DNA from: a virus
Virus record (IMG/VR): IMGVR_UViG_3300045988_168232
Span: 1-64,000 of that record
Length of the DNA: 64,000 nt
Strand: one strand, 5' to 3'
Position numbers and translations under genes: made by a program. Of the stretch, positions 43,748 through 52,604 are shown in pieces (position 1 is the first letter of the stretch; every line of letters starts with the position of its first letter). Below the pieces are notes generated by a model. The model was not told where the DNA came from. It made no database searches and saw only the letters and a list, made by a program, of their open reading frames with translations.

Positions 43748-44209
43748 TTACTTAGTGCCAGTATGTCCAAATCCACCTTCTCCACGTTCGGTCTCGGACA
43801 ATTCTGTAACAACTTCGAACGGTTCATTGCAATAATGGCTAATCACCATTTGGGCAATTTTCGTACCTTTCTTTACAACCAATGGAATAGATTCATAGCT
43901 TTTTATAATTACTCCAACTATACCACGGTAACTTTCATCTATTGTACCTATGAGCACATCAACATCAAATCTTTTCGAAGTATCCATATCATCTACAAGA
44001 TATCCTTCAATTCCTTTTAATGAAAACCCGCTACGAGGACGTATTTGAGCTTCTGTTCCAGGTTCCAGCTCTATACTGATATCAAGTTTTATGAGGTTGC
44101 GCCCAGGGCTAATCACAAAATCACATGGGATATATAGGTCATAACCAGCCGCACCCTTTTCAGCTCTTGTGGGCACTTTTGCCCCCGGTGATAACAATTT
44201 TACTTTCAT
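43748..44209 (-). CDS. dut: dUTP pyrophosphatase (dUTPase)
   Basis: All five trimeric dUTPase motifs are present: 'AAGYDLY', 'RPRSGFS', 'GTIDESYRG', 'KIAQMVI' and 'RGEGGFGHTG'. Confidence 0.92.
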   Translation of the reverse strand: MKVKLLSPGAKVPTRAEKGAAGYDLYIPCDFVISPGRNLIKLDISIELEPGTEAQIRPRSGFSLKGIEGYLVDDMDTSKRFDVDVLIGTIDESYRGIVGVIIKSYESIPLVVKKGTKIAQMVISHYCNEPFEVVTELSETERGEGGFGHTGTK

Positions 44210-44238
44210 CTTATTTATTATTAATAGTATTGGTTGAT

Positions 44239-44583
44239 TTATTTATTCAGTATTGCAAGATATTCACTTTCTAATATTACAGAAGATTTGAGCATTTTTC
44301 TGGTACTATATATTTTTCTATCTTCACCAATCTCTGCGTCAAAATCAAATAAGGTCAGTTTGCCGATATCATCCGGTTCAATCTGAAAATCGGATGGAAC
44401 AGTTCTCCAATATCTTTTATTTACTGATATTATTTCTCCATAAGCAGCCTTAATAAGCGATTGCCTGAGTGTACCGGTAAGTGTTGCCGCTTCACTGATT
44501 GACTTAAAGATCGCAACCAGAATATACGTTGCGTCAAAAGCAACAATTGTTGTAGGATTGTTATTCGGTTCCCGCTTCGTCAT
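44239..44583 (-). CDS. Hypothetical protein with NUMOD1-like HTH
   Basis: 'FKSISEAATLTGTLRQSLIKAAYGE' resembles the homing-endonuclease-associated NUMOD1 DNA-binding motif. No nuclease domain. Confidence 0.45.
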   Translation of the reverse strand: MTKREPNNNPTTIVAFDATYILVAIFKSISEAATLTGTLRQSLIKAAYGEIISVNKRYWRTVPSDFQIEPDDIGKLTLFDFDAEIGEDRKIYSTRKMLKSSVILESEYLAILNK

Positions 44584-45031
44584 TTTTCCTTTCGTTTATT
44601 ATTTCATTAAGAGCTTCTGAAGGCAGTCTTTGAGCTGCCATGCTATAGAGAAAACCATTACTGTATGCTACTCCGTATGATATAGCATCTGTAATAATAC
44701 TATTGAAATACATGCACATCTCGGGGTTTGCAAAAGCAAGAAATATAAAAGCCAATTCTGCTGCTACCAAAATATGTCCATTCGTGTTCTGGTAAAACAG
44801 TTCTGATGTCTTTTTTTGTGACGCTTTAATTAATGGTTCTATAAAATGCTTGTTGGTACGCATAAACACCTTATAGTCTATGTACTGAATTTGATTTTCT
44901 TCAAAGTAAGCAGTATAGTCAAACACCGCTTTGTTCTCTCCCATAGAGCCAAAATACAATCCCTGTATTTCAGGAAGTAGAACCTCGTTAATCTCAAGCT
45001 CTTTAATGAGTGTTGTTGTTTTATAATCCAT
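44561..45031 (-). CDS. Hypothetical protein
   Basis: 156-aa ORF. Confidence 0.5.
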   Translation of the reverse strand: MDYKTTTLIKELEINEVLLPEIQGLYFGSMGENKAVFDYTAYFEENQIQYIDYKVFMRTNKHFIEPLIKASQKKTSELFYQNTNGHILVAAELAFIFLAFANPEMCMYFNSIITDAISYGVAYSNGFLYSMAAQRLPSEALNEIINERKNDEAGTE

Positions 45032-45034
45032 TAC

Positions 45035-45472
45035 TTATTCTTGTGTGAGTTTTTCTTCAAACACATCCATGATATTTGTCTCTGATATGCTGGTGATTTT
45101 GAAATCAGCCATCGTGCTCTTCATTCCGTCTATAAAGTTTTCAAGTGCATTACGGAAATCAGAAGCTTGTACCAACATATAATTTGCGGTTTGTTTTTCG
45201 ACACCGCTTTTTTCATCAAGCGTAATGAACAAAACCTTAACCTTATACCATCTGTCTCCCTTTTCATCATAGAAGATTTCAGATATGTTTGTTTTCTTAA
45301 CTGCTGAAACCGTAAAATCGCCGGATATATATGGTGTAATCTCCTCAATTATACGTGCCTCAGCTTCAGTAAAAGACAAGGCGTTCACGATATTTGTTTC
45401 AGTAACGCTTTTCAAGGCCCCATCTTCCATTACTTTATTGTAACGGACTTTTGTTTCGATCCAAAATGACAT
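45035..45472 (-). CDS. DUF4494-like protein
   Basis: 'WIETKVRYNKVMEDGALKSVTETNIVNALSFTEAEARIIEEITPYISGDF' matches the Bacteroidetes DUF4494 pattern, from memory. Confidence 0.55.
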   Translation of the reverse strand: MSFWIETKVRYNKVMEDGALKSVTETNIVNALSFTEAEARIIEEITPYISGDFTVSAVKKTNISEIFYDEKGDRWYKVKVLFITLDEKSGVEKQTANYMLVQASDFRNALENFIDGMKSTMADFKITSISETNIMDVFEEKLTQE

Positions 45473-45508
45473 AATTCTTTCGTTTTAAATTGTTAATATT
45501 AATGTTTA

Positions 45509-45709
45509 TTATCTGATTTCATCAAGATTGATATACAGTGCTTCTTCAGGAACTTTATATGAATCAATCATTTTTGGATGTTTTATCAACCCCCAATTAC
45601 ATTCAGAATATATCTTAAACTTATATGTGTCGTAACTACTGCCAATTTTTACACATATATTACAATCCTCTTTTGGTGGATTAGCCCTTAAATTTTTCCA
45701 GTTTACCAT
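45509..45709 (-). CDS. Hypothetical protein
   Basis: 66-aa ORF, first gene of the leftward dUTPase operon. Confidence 0.45.
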   Translation of the reverse strand: MVNWKNLRANPPKEDCNICVKIGSSYDTYKFKIYSECNWGLIKHPKMIDSYKVPEEALYINLDEIR

Positions 45710-45770
45710 GATTGCATTGTTTTAATTAGTATACTTCATTATATAATAGTATATGATGTACATTGAGTAA

Positions 45771-45784
45771 ATAAAAAGTGAAAC
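45771..45784 (-). promoter_or_regulatory. GTTTCACTTTTTAT motif copy C (inverted)
   Basis: The plus strand reads ATAAAAAGTGAAAC. It lies in the divergent region between the dUTPase operon and the portal gene. Confidence 0.5.
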
Positions 45785-45927
45785 CCAATTTATCATAACA
45801 TGTTGAATATCAGTATTTATTTTCTTTTATTTTTATTTTTAGAGCCGTATACCTTATAAAATCTTGCTGTTCAGTGTTTTCATAGGTTGCTGTACAGCGC
45901 ATCTATTAATAATAAAAAAATAATGAT

Positions 45928-47259
45928 ATGCGTAAACGGACAGCAAATAATTCAAATGGCAATTTCTTTACCGATGAAGCTCTTATAGCGAATTATAATA
46001 TTGTTAAAAAAACAATTGTTGAATATACTGATGAGTTGACCAGAAGATGTCGGTATAAAAGTGTGGTAAGTCAAGTGGATGATGGTGTAGTTATGGATGA
46101 CCGTTCCAGACTTATAGATATGTATGATTCTTGTTATATACAAAATGCACATCTTCAGGGAACAATCGCCACTCTTTTTTCTCAATTGATCGGTAAACGG
46201 TATATGTTTGCCAAAGAAGATAAGGATGGCAAATGGGTTAGGGATCCACAACAATCTCGAATCTGTCAAGGATCACAATTTGAAAAGATTATTAGAGCTA
46301 TTGTCGAATCAGAGCTTTATGGGTACTCACTTATTGAGATTATGCCGGAACTAGATTCGGAAACTGGCTTGCTTAAAGAAGTGAACAGTATTGAAAGACG
46401 ATGCGTATTGCCTGACCAGCGTCGTGTCGTACAGCGTTGGGGACAATGGACACCGGGTTGGGATTTGGATTCTGAACAATACAAGCATAATTATATTCTC
46501 GTGAATAATGGTGGATTTGGATTATTTGCCGCAACCACTCCCAATATTCTTGCCCAAAAATATACATTAAGTAATTGGGTTAATTTCAGTCACACTTATG
46601 GGCAACCGATTATTCATGGAAAGACAGGTGCCGAAGACAATGAGTCAAGAAGCAGGTTGGCACGTAAAATCGCTTCAGCAGCCCAGAATAAGGTTCTTGT
46701 AACCGGCAAAGAGGATGAGATTGACATTAAGGCTTTTACTATGTCAAACTCTGAAAAGATTTATGAGTCGCTTGCGAATTATGTCAATAAGGAGAATGAC
46801 AACTTAATATTAGGGTCTGAATCAATGGCTGGCGGTATGCAGTCTTATGTCGGCTCAACTAAAGCCCATGAGAACATATATCGTGCAAGAATCAATTCTT
46901 ATCGTACAATTGTAGAGAATGTGATGAATGAGCAGGTGGTTCCGGTTCTCAGATATTGGGGAATAATTTCAGATGATGTGTATTTCAAGTACATGACTAA
47001 GGTGGAGATGTCAGACGAGAACAAAATCAAATTGTTCGATATGCTTACCAACAAATATGAAATTGACCCGGAAGAAATAAACAAAGAATGGGGTATCGAA
47101 GTCGGGCAACAACGTAACTTTGAATCCAGTAACGGTAGTGATAGCATAGGTGATTGGGGAGATGGTAATGAAGACGGTCATAGAATGAGCGATGAGGAAT
47201 ATTACAAACGTTATGGGCACCATAGGGATAAAGTAAATTTTCTGTCAGGGGTGCATTAA
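45928..47259 (+). CDS. Portal protein
   Basis: 443 aa. First gene of the late operon, directly upstream of the MuF/SPP1-gp7-like gene. Called by synteny and size. Confidence 0.7.
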   Translation: MRKRTANNSNGNFFTDEALIANYNIVKKTIVEYTDELTRRCRYKSVVSQVDDGVVMDDRSRLIDMYDSCYIQNAHLQGTIATLFSQLIGKRYMFAKEDKDGKWVRDPQQSRICQGSQFEKIIRAIVESELYGYSLIEIMPELDSETGLLKEVNSIERRCVLPDQRRVVQRWGQWTPGWDLDSEQYKHNYILVNNGGFGLFAATTPNILAQKYTLSNWVNFSHTYGQPIIHGKTGAEDNESRSRLARKIASAAQNKVLVTGKEDEIDIKAFTMSNSEKIYESLANYVNKENDNLILGSESMAGGMQSYVGSTKAHENIYRARINSYRTIVENVMNEQVVPVLRYWGIISDDVYFKYMTKVEMSDENKIKLFDMLTNKYEIDPEEINKEWGIEVGQQRNFESSNGSDSIGDWGDGNEDGHRMSDEEYYKRYGHHRDKVNFLSGVH

Positions 47260-47303
47260 AAGGCGGATGCACCTCTAAACTTTCACAACAGGTAAAAGCT
47301 GTC

Positions 47304-48146
47304 ATGACAACAGAACAACAAGCTCGACATGATAGTGAATACCAGTCATTACAAGCCTTATTCATATCTTTGTTAAGATCTTTACGTGATGGAAATACAG
47401 AAGAATCTCTTTATGCTTTATGCGAACTCAAGACTGATTTGGCGTTTAAATATGTGCTGGATGGACTTGGGGTGGGTTACGATGAAGCCATTATATTGAT
47501 TCAAAGTGCTAATGACGATAATTTGACACAACATGACAAAGATTTGAGGGATCGTTTGATAGCTGCCATTCAGAACCTTATTGATTTTTCTGTTTGTGAG
47601 GAATACCAGCTTTATGATGAGGCTGTTGAAATGCTGGGGGACGGTGAATTGGATTTTAACTCGGAAGATTATGAAGATTTACTGGCAATATGTGAAAAAT
47701 ATAATGATACATACGCTTCCATTGAAAATAGCGATATTGAATATGCCGGGAAAATAGCTGCCATGTGGATAAGAATGTCTGCCAATGATTATGTCGTGTA
47801 CTGGACCCAAAATGATGCTAAAGTTCGTCCGTGGCACATGGCTTTGCAGGGATATGCGGCACCAAGGGATGAGTTCCCGTCGTGGATGATACCACCAATA
47901 GAGTATAACTGCCGGTGCTTTCTTGAAATTCTTGAAGTTGCTTCTGTGAATGGAAAATTGCGTCAATTTAAAGGGGCGGCTAAAGGTATTGAGAAACCTC
48001 AAAAGATAAATGATGTTTACAGTGAATCTTTAGCTAAATGTGGGAGGATTTTTGGACCGTCACACAATTACTTTACCATAAAGGAGGGTGATAGAGAAAT
48101 GCTTCAAGGCTTTGTAACAAAACTAAAAGAGAAGTATTATGTCTAA
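47304..48146 (+). CDS. Head morphogenesis protein, Mu F / SPP1 gp7 family
   Basis: 'YWTQNDAKVRPWHMALQGY...PPIEYNCRCFLE' is the characteristic Mu F domain signature. Confidence 0.85.
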   Translation: MTTEQQARHDSEYQSLQALFISLLRSLRDGNTEESLYALCELKTDLAFKYVLDGLGVGYDEAIILIQSANDDNLTQHDKDLRDRLIAAIQNLIDFSVCEEYQLYDEAVEMLGDGELDFNSEDYEDLLAICEKYNDTYASIENSDIEYAGKIAAMWIRMSANDYVVYWTQNDAKVRPWHMALQGYAAPRDEFPSWMIPPIEYNCRCFLEILEVASVNGKLRQFKGAAKGIEKPQKINDVYSESLAKCGRIFGPSHNYFTIKEGDREMLQGFVTKLKEKYYV

Positions 48147-49050
48147 AGCCAAATTTGATCCAAGTAAATTTTCTACGCGATGGGGAATCCTGTATTATGA
48201 TGGTCAAACAGCCAGCCAATACAGGATAAAACAATATAATAGATACGTTAAAGGAGCTGGTGGACGCATAACGTCAGTCCCCAAACAATATAACAAATAT
48301 TTTAGTCAGGGAACCAGTTTTACAACAAGGCAGGGGCATCTTCAGTCGTGGGCAAAACCATTGACTTTAAGAGGTGGGCAAAACCCTAATTATAATTGGA
48401 GTAGAGTCAGTTATAGTGATTTCGATGGTGTCATAAGAAAAGGTTCTTCAAGTGGTCGTTGGGGTGCAGATATTAATCAAGGCAAAAAGGGTGTTTCTGG
48501 TTCAGCAACTATGCTTGCCGGAACAAAACAGTGGATACGCCAAATACAGATAAGTTTGCACCAGTTATATGTGAGTTCCGAGAATTTTCGTGTTGTTGCA
48601 GGCCGGCGTGCTATGAAAGTATTTCAAAACTCATTTAAGTATCAGCAATTTTATAGTAATAAGTCTCATAAATGGGCTTCGTTATCATCATATACTCTGA
48701 AAAAAAGAGCAAGGCGTGGCACAGGCAGCAAGATATTGAAAGAATATGGCGATTTATATAATTCAATAAGAATAGACGAACACGCAGGCTTATATGCCAC
48801 TCGTGTATATACTGATGTGGTTCATGCCAATGCCTCACACCACAAAAAACATAGTATCTGTTATGCTGGATATCACAATGAAGGGAAAGGTACTTATGGA
48901 AGTGGTTGGAATGGGCATAAGCCTAAATCTTATATCCGCAGACAGTTTATGGGGCATTCAAGTCATCTGGACCCATTTACGGACAATTTCATGAAAAAGA
49001 TGATGAAGCTTTATTTATTCGACAATGTATTCCTCGTCAAGAAGATATAA
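48139..49050 (+). CDS. Virion morphogenesis / tail-completion-like protein (Mu G-like C-terminus)
   Basis: 'HKWASLSSYTLKKRARRGTGSKILKEYGDLYNSIRID...YAGYHNEG' resembles the phage virion-morphogenesis family. Its position between F-like and protease genes matches phage Mu. Confidence 0.45.
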   Translation: MSKAKFDPSKFSTRWGILYYDGQTASQYRIKQYNRYVKGAGGRITSVPKQYNKYFSQGTSFTTRQGHLQSWAKPLTLRGGQNPNYNWSRVSYSDFDGVIRKGSSSGRWGADINQGKKGVSGSATMLAGTKQWIRQIQISLHQLYVSSENFRVVAGRRAMKVFQNSFKYQQFYSNKSHKWASLSSYTLKKRARRGTGSKILKEYGDLYNSIRIDEHAGLYATRVYTDVVHANASHHKKHSICYAGYHNEGKGTYGSGWNGHKPKSYIRRQFMGHSSHLDPFTDNFMKKMMKLYLFDNVFLVKKI

Positions 49051-49074
49051 GCTATTATCTATAAAGACAATGTT

Positions 49075-49821
49075 ATGATTATAGATAAAAAGAGCAACAA
49101 AGTTCTGAGTGGAAACAAGTCAAGTGTATTTGCTTTAACGGATAAGGAATCAGAGAACCAAGTTGTAGAAACACCCACTCAAATTGAGCCTGGTGGCCCG
49201 ATGGATGTATTAAAAGCCATCAAAGAAATTCTTCGTGGAGTCACGTGGGAATATGGCGTTGAAGGTAGTCCATTGATTTTTAAAACAGTGCAAATAGATG
49301 ATGGTCAATATGAACGAATCATATCTTCAAAAGGAAATCAGGAAGAAACGATGGGGTTCCCTGCCGTTTTTTTTCATTTTATAAATTGGCATTATCTGGT
49401 TCAACAAGCAAGAATAAATGAAGGTCGTGCAGTTCTCAGAATTCGCTTTATACTTAACAGTTTAAATGTCCATGAAGATGGGCATGATATGGATGTGTAT
49501 TATGTGGCTGAACGTATTCATCAGACAATTCAAGAACAGATAAGTCAATATGAATGTCTGCAAGAACGTTGTCAGTTACAATATATTGACCCGATGGAAA
49601 GTTTTGATCATGGCTTACAACCTTGTTGGATGACTTATGAAGTTTGGTTTAAGCAAGCAAATATCTGGATTAGGAGAAATAAGGCGTATAAGAAATTTGT
49701 TTGTCCGCCATTTACAAATCATGCAGATCAAGACAAATCTATTGAAGGAATAAATCCTAATAATCATACAAATCTGGACCATCCAATCACTTATGATGAG
49801 GCTACAGAATTTGCACCATGA
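49075..49821 (+). CDS. Hypothetical structural-module protein
   Basis: 248-aa ORF between the morphogenesis and protease genes. Confidence 0.5.
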   Translation: MIIDKKSNKVLSGNKSSVFALTDKESENQVVETPTQIEPGGPMDVLKAIKEILRGVTWEYGVEGSPLIFKTVQIDDGQYERIISSKGNQEETMGFPAVFFHFINWHYLVQQARINEGRAVLRIRFILNSLNVHEDGHDMDVYYVAERIHQTIQEQISQYECLQERCQLQYIDPMESFDHGLQPCWMTYEVWFKQANIWIRRNKAYKKFVCPPFTNHADQDKSIEGINPNNHTNLDHPITYDEATEFAP

Positions 49822-49913
49822 TTTATGTGTAATAATTTGATAATCAGTAATGTATAATTGCTTTTTACATAAATATTTATTATTGCATACTATTACTAAT
49901 AAATTGAAATACA

Positions 49914-51161
49914 ATGGCAAAGCAACAAGGGTTTAAGTTTATTAAAGGTGTTTGCAGTACTGGTAGCCCGGCGGACATTTTCCTTTATACAGATGTGGAC
50001 TACTGGAGTGTTGATAACTTTCTTTGGGAGTTTGATTACCTGATTAATTATGTGAATCCAAGCAAAATAAGAATACATATCAATTCTGTAGGAGGAAGCG
50101 TTGTAGAAGGTATGAGTGTATTTGCAAAGATTCAAGATTGTGCTATACCGACAGAATGTATCAATGATGCTTTGGCGGCTTCAATGGGGTCAATTATTTG
50201 GGCTGCTGGTGATGAACTGTATATGAAAGACTATGCGTTACTAATGATTCATAATCCATTTTGCGATGTAAATGGGAATAAACAATATGACCAAACAACA
50301 GAAGCTTTTACAATGCAATTAAAAACTATTTACATGAAACGCTTCGGACTTAGCGAAGAGGATGTGGAAAATATTATGAATGGTAAAGATGGCGAAGACG
50401 GTACATTCTTGACAGCGACCCAGGCAATTGAAAAGGGCTTTGTTAAAGCCGACCATGTTATTGAAACCCCTCAAGCCGTAAAAGACAAAATAAATGCTGC
50501 TTTAAAAAGCAGTAAGGATATAGTTCAAATTAAAGCAGTTTATGGATTGATCTCATCTACGTTACCAACAGCTACTATTAACAAACAGAATATCAACTCA
50601 ATTTTAGAAACAATGGAAAAGAACGAAATTACTGTTTTTGCCGCTCTCCTTGGATTGACAGGAGAAAAGGCAACGTCCGAAAATGTTTCTGCAAAGATTA
50701 ATGAACTGAAGGCAAAAGCCGATAATGCTGATGCCCTTCAGAAATCACTTGACGAGACAAAAGGTGAGCTGACAAAAATCAATGCGGAACTTACCGGCGC
50801 AAAAACTTCAATCAAGAATTTGACTGAAGATTTGGATAAGACAAAAACGGCCCTGAAAGTATATCAGGATGCAGAGACAAAAGCCAAAGAAGAAAGAGTT
50901 ACAGCACTCATCGACAAGGCTATTGCAGAGTGTAAAATCAACAAGGAAGAACGTGAAGCCTATACCACTATGGCCCAAAACAATTTTGAACTTGCTGAGA
51001 ATGTGTTGTCAAAAATTCCGGCACGAGACAATTTGGGGCAAATCATTTCACAGGCAAATAAAGGTAATGCAGAAAAAGGAGTTCAAACTGAACAGCAAAG
51101 GGTTTTTGCAAAGGTGGATGAGGTTGTAGGGAAAGACTTCAAATTCCGTACCCTTAGCTAA
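49914..51161 (+). CDS. ClpP-family prohead protease fused to a coiled-coil scaffold domain
   Basis: 'IHINSVGGSV', Ser in 'LAASMGSIIWAAGD', His in 'LLMIHNP'. The C-terminal 200 aa is a K/E/A-rich coiled coil. Confidence 0.8.
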   Translation: MAKQQGFKFIKGVCSTGSPADIFLYTDVDYWSVDNFLWEFDYLINYVNPSKIRIHINSVGGSVVEGMSVFAKIQDCAIPTECINDALAASMGSIIWAAGDELYMKDYALLMIHNPFCDVNGNKQYDQTTEAFTMQLKTIYMKRFGLSEEDVENIMNGKDGEDGTFLTATQAIEKGFVKADHVIETPQAVKDKINAALKSSKDIVQIKAVYGLISSTLPTATINKQNINSILETMEKNEITVFAALLGLTGEKATSENVSAKINELKAKADNADALQKSLDETKGELTKINAELTGAKTSIKNLTEDLDKTKTALKVYQDAETKAKEERVTALIDKAIAECKINKEEREAYTTMAQNNFELAENVLSKIPARDNLGQIISQANKGNAEKGVQTEQQRVFAKVDEVVGKDFKFRTLS

Positions 51162-51188
51162 AATTATTATAACTAAATTTATACAAAT

Positions 51189-52241
51189 ATGGCAGCATTT
51201 AATTTTAACGCAGGTCAGACCAACTACACCGGTGAGGTACTTGAAGATCTTTTGACCCTTACCGCTCAAGACAATGAGACTTATAAGGAAGGTCTTATTC
51301 ACATTAAGTCGGGCATTCAAAAGAAATACGCACTTCCGAGTGTTCGTCTTGGCAAGATTATCCAAGATCATAAGCCGACTCCGAATTCAAGTCAAGGCGA
51401 ATATGAATTTGCAGAACGCTATTTGGAGCCGGAAGATTTTATGGTTTATTTGGAATTCAATCCTCGTGATTTTGAGCAGTATTACCGCCCGTTCCAGCCG
51501 AAGGGCAATTTAGTGTTCCGTGAACTTGATCCGAAAGTTCAGTCTGTTATGATTCGTTTGTTGATGGAGCGCAAAATCGAATACATTAATCATGCCATTT
51601 GGTGTTCAGCAACGACAGAACAAAAAGCAAAGGTTGCTAGCTCTGATGGCAATATAACCGCAGGTAAAACTGAAATTGGTAGTGATGATGATGCTGGTCC
51701 GATGAAATATTTCAACGGTGCAATCGTGCGTATGCTTATGAATTCAGCAGCAGAAGAAACTTCTGAAGATGCCAAATGTGGTCAAATCAAAGTTGCTGGA
51801 ACAGGAACTTTTGCTGATGGTGCAGCTGTTGAAAAAGAACTCTATGCGATGTGGCAGGCTACAGCTCCGAAAGTTCGTAAAAAGAGTGGTTTGGTTATCT
51901 TAATGGACTATAAGTCATGGGATGCCTATAATCAGTATTTGTCCGACAAGACAATGAAATACAACGATAACCGTACTGAAAATGAGCATCGTTTTCAGGG
52001 TAAACGAATCATTCCTATGGTTGCATTACCTGATGACACAATCATTATGGGCTGTTTCACAACCGGTGTTGATTCTAACCTTTGGATGGGTATTGATTAC
52101 GCCAATGATGAAGAGGTTCTTCAGGTTGAAAAGCTTCAAGCTAATTCAGAGTTATATTTTTTCAAGATGTTGATCAAGATGGACGTAAACATTGTTCGTC
52201 CTTCTGAAATCACGGCACACCTTCCGTTCAAATATGAATAA
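51189..52241 (+). CDS. Major capsid protein
   Basis: 350 aa, immediately after the protease/scaffold, followed by a hairpin (52254-52276). Called by synteny. Confidence 0.7.
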   Translation: MAAFNFNAGQTNYTGEVLEDLLTLTAQDNETYKEGLIHIKSGIQKKYALPSVRLGKIIQDHKPTPNSSQGEYEFAERYLEPEDFMVYLEFNPRDFEQYYRPFQPKGNLVFRELDPKVQSVMIRLLMERKIEYINHAIWCSATTEQKAKVASSDGNITAGKTEIGSDDDAGPMKYFNGAIVRMLMNSAAEETSEDAKCGQIKVAGTGTFADGAAVEKELYAMWQATAPKVRKKSGLVILMDYKSWDAYNQYLSDKTMKYNDNRTENEHRFQGKRIIPMVALPDDTIIMGCFTTGVDSNLWMGIDYANDEEVLQVEKLQANSELYFFKMLIKMDVNIVRPSEITAHLPFKYE

Positions 52242-52296
52242 TAAACAAGTGTTAGCGAGGGTACATAATCCTCGCTTCACTTAAAAAACTTACAAT

Positions 52297-52593
52297 ATGG
52301 GCAGAACAAGCAAAAAAAACGAGGCTGTTAATATTGAGGAACAAACAGTAGGAACAGTTCAAGAGGAACAGGTTGCTCAGGAATCACATGTCACTGAGCA
52401 AGCATCTGAACAAGTATTGAACAAATCTGAAAAAAAGGAAGAAATTCCTCCTCGTGTGGCAGATCTGATGCGTCTTTATCCTCACTATGAGGAGCTTTGG
52501 ATTACCACTAATGGGTTTGTACATCCAGTTGGAACTCCAAAGTATCTTTTGAAAGATGCAGTCCTTTATAAGAATAAATTTTATAACAAATAA
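52297..52593 (+). CDS. Hypothetical small structural-module protein
   Basis: 98-aa ORF between the capsid and sheath genes. Confidence 0.5.
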   Translation: MGRTSKKNEAVNIEEQTVGTVQEEQVAQESHVTEQASEQVLNKSEKKEEIPPRVADLMRLYPHYEELWITTNGFVHPVGTPKYLLKDAVLYKNKFYNK

Positions 52594-52604
52594 AACTCTT
52601 TACA

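Noticed and set aside
219-45896. Shared 9-mer TGCTGTACA near the left end (219-227) and upstream of the portal gene (45887-45895)
   Set aside because: A 9-mer match is expected by chance at roughly this frequency in 64 kb on both strands.
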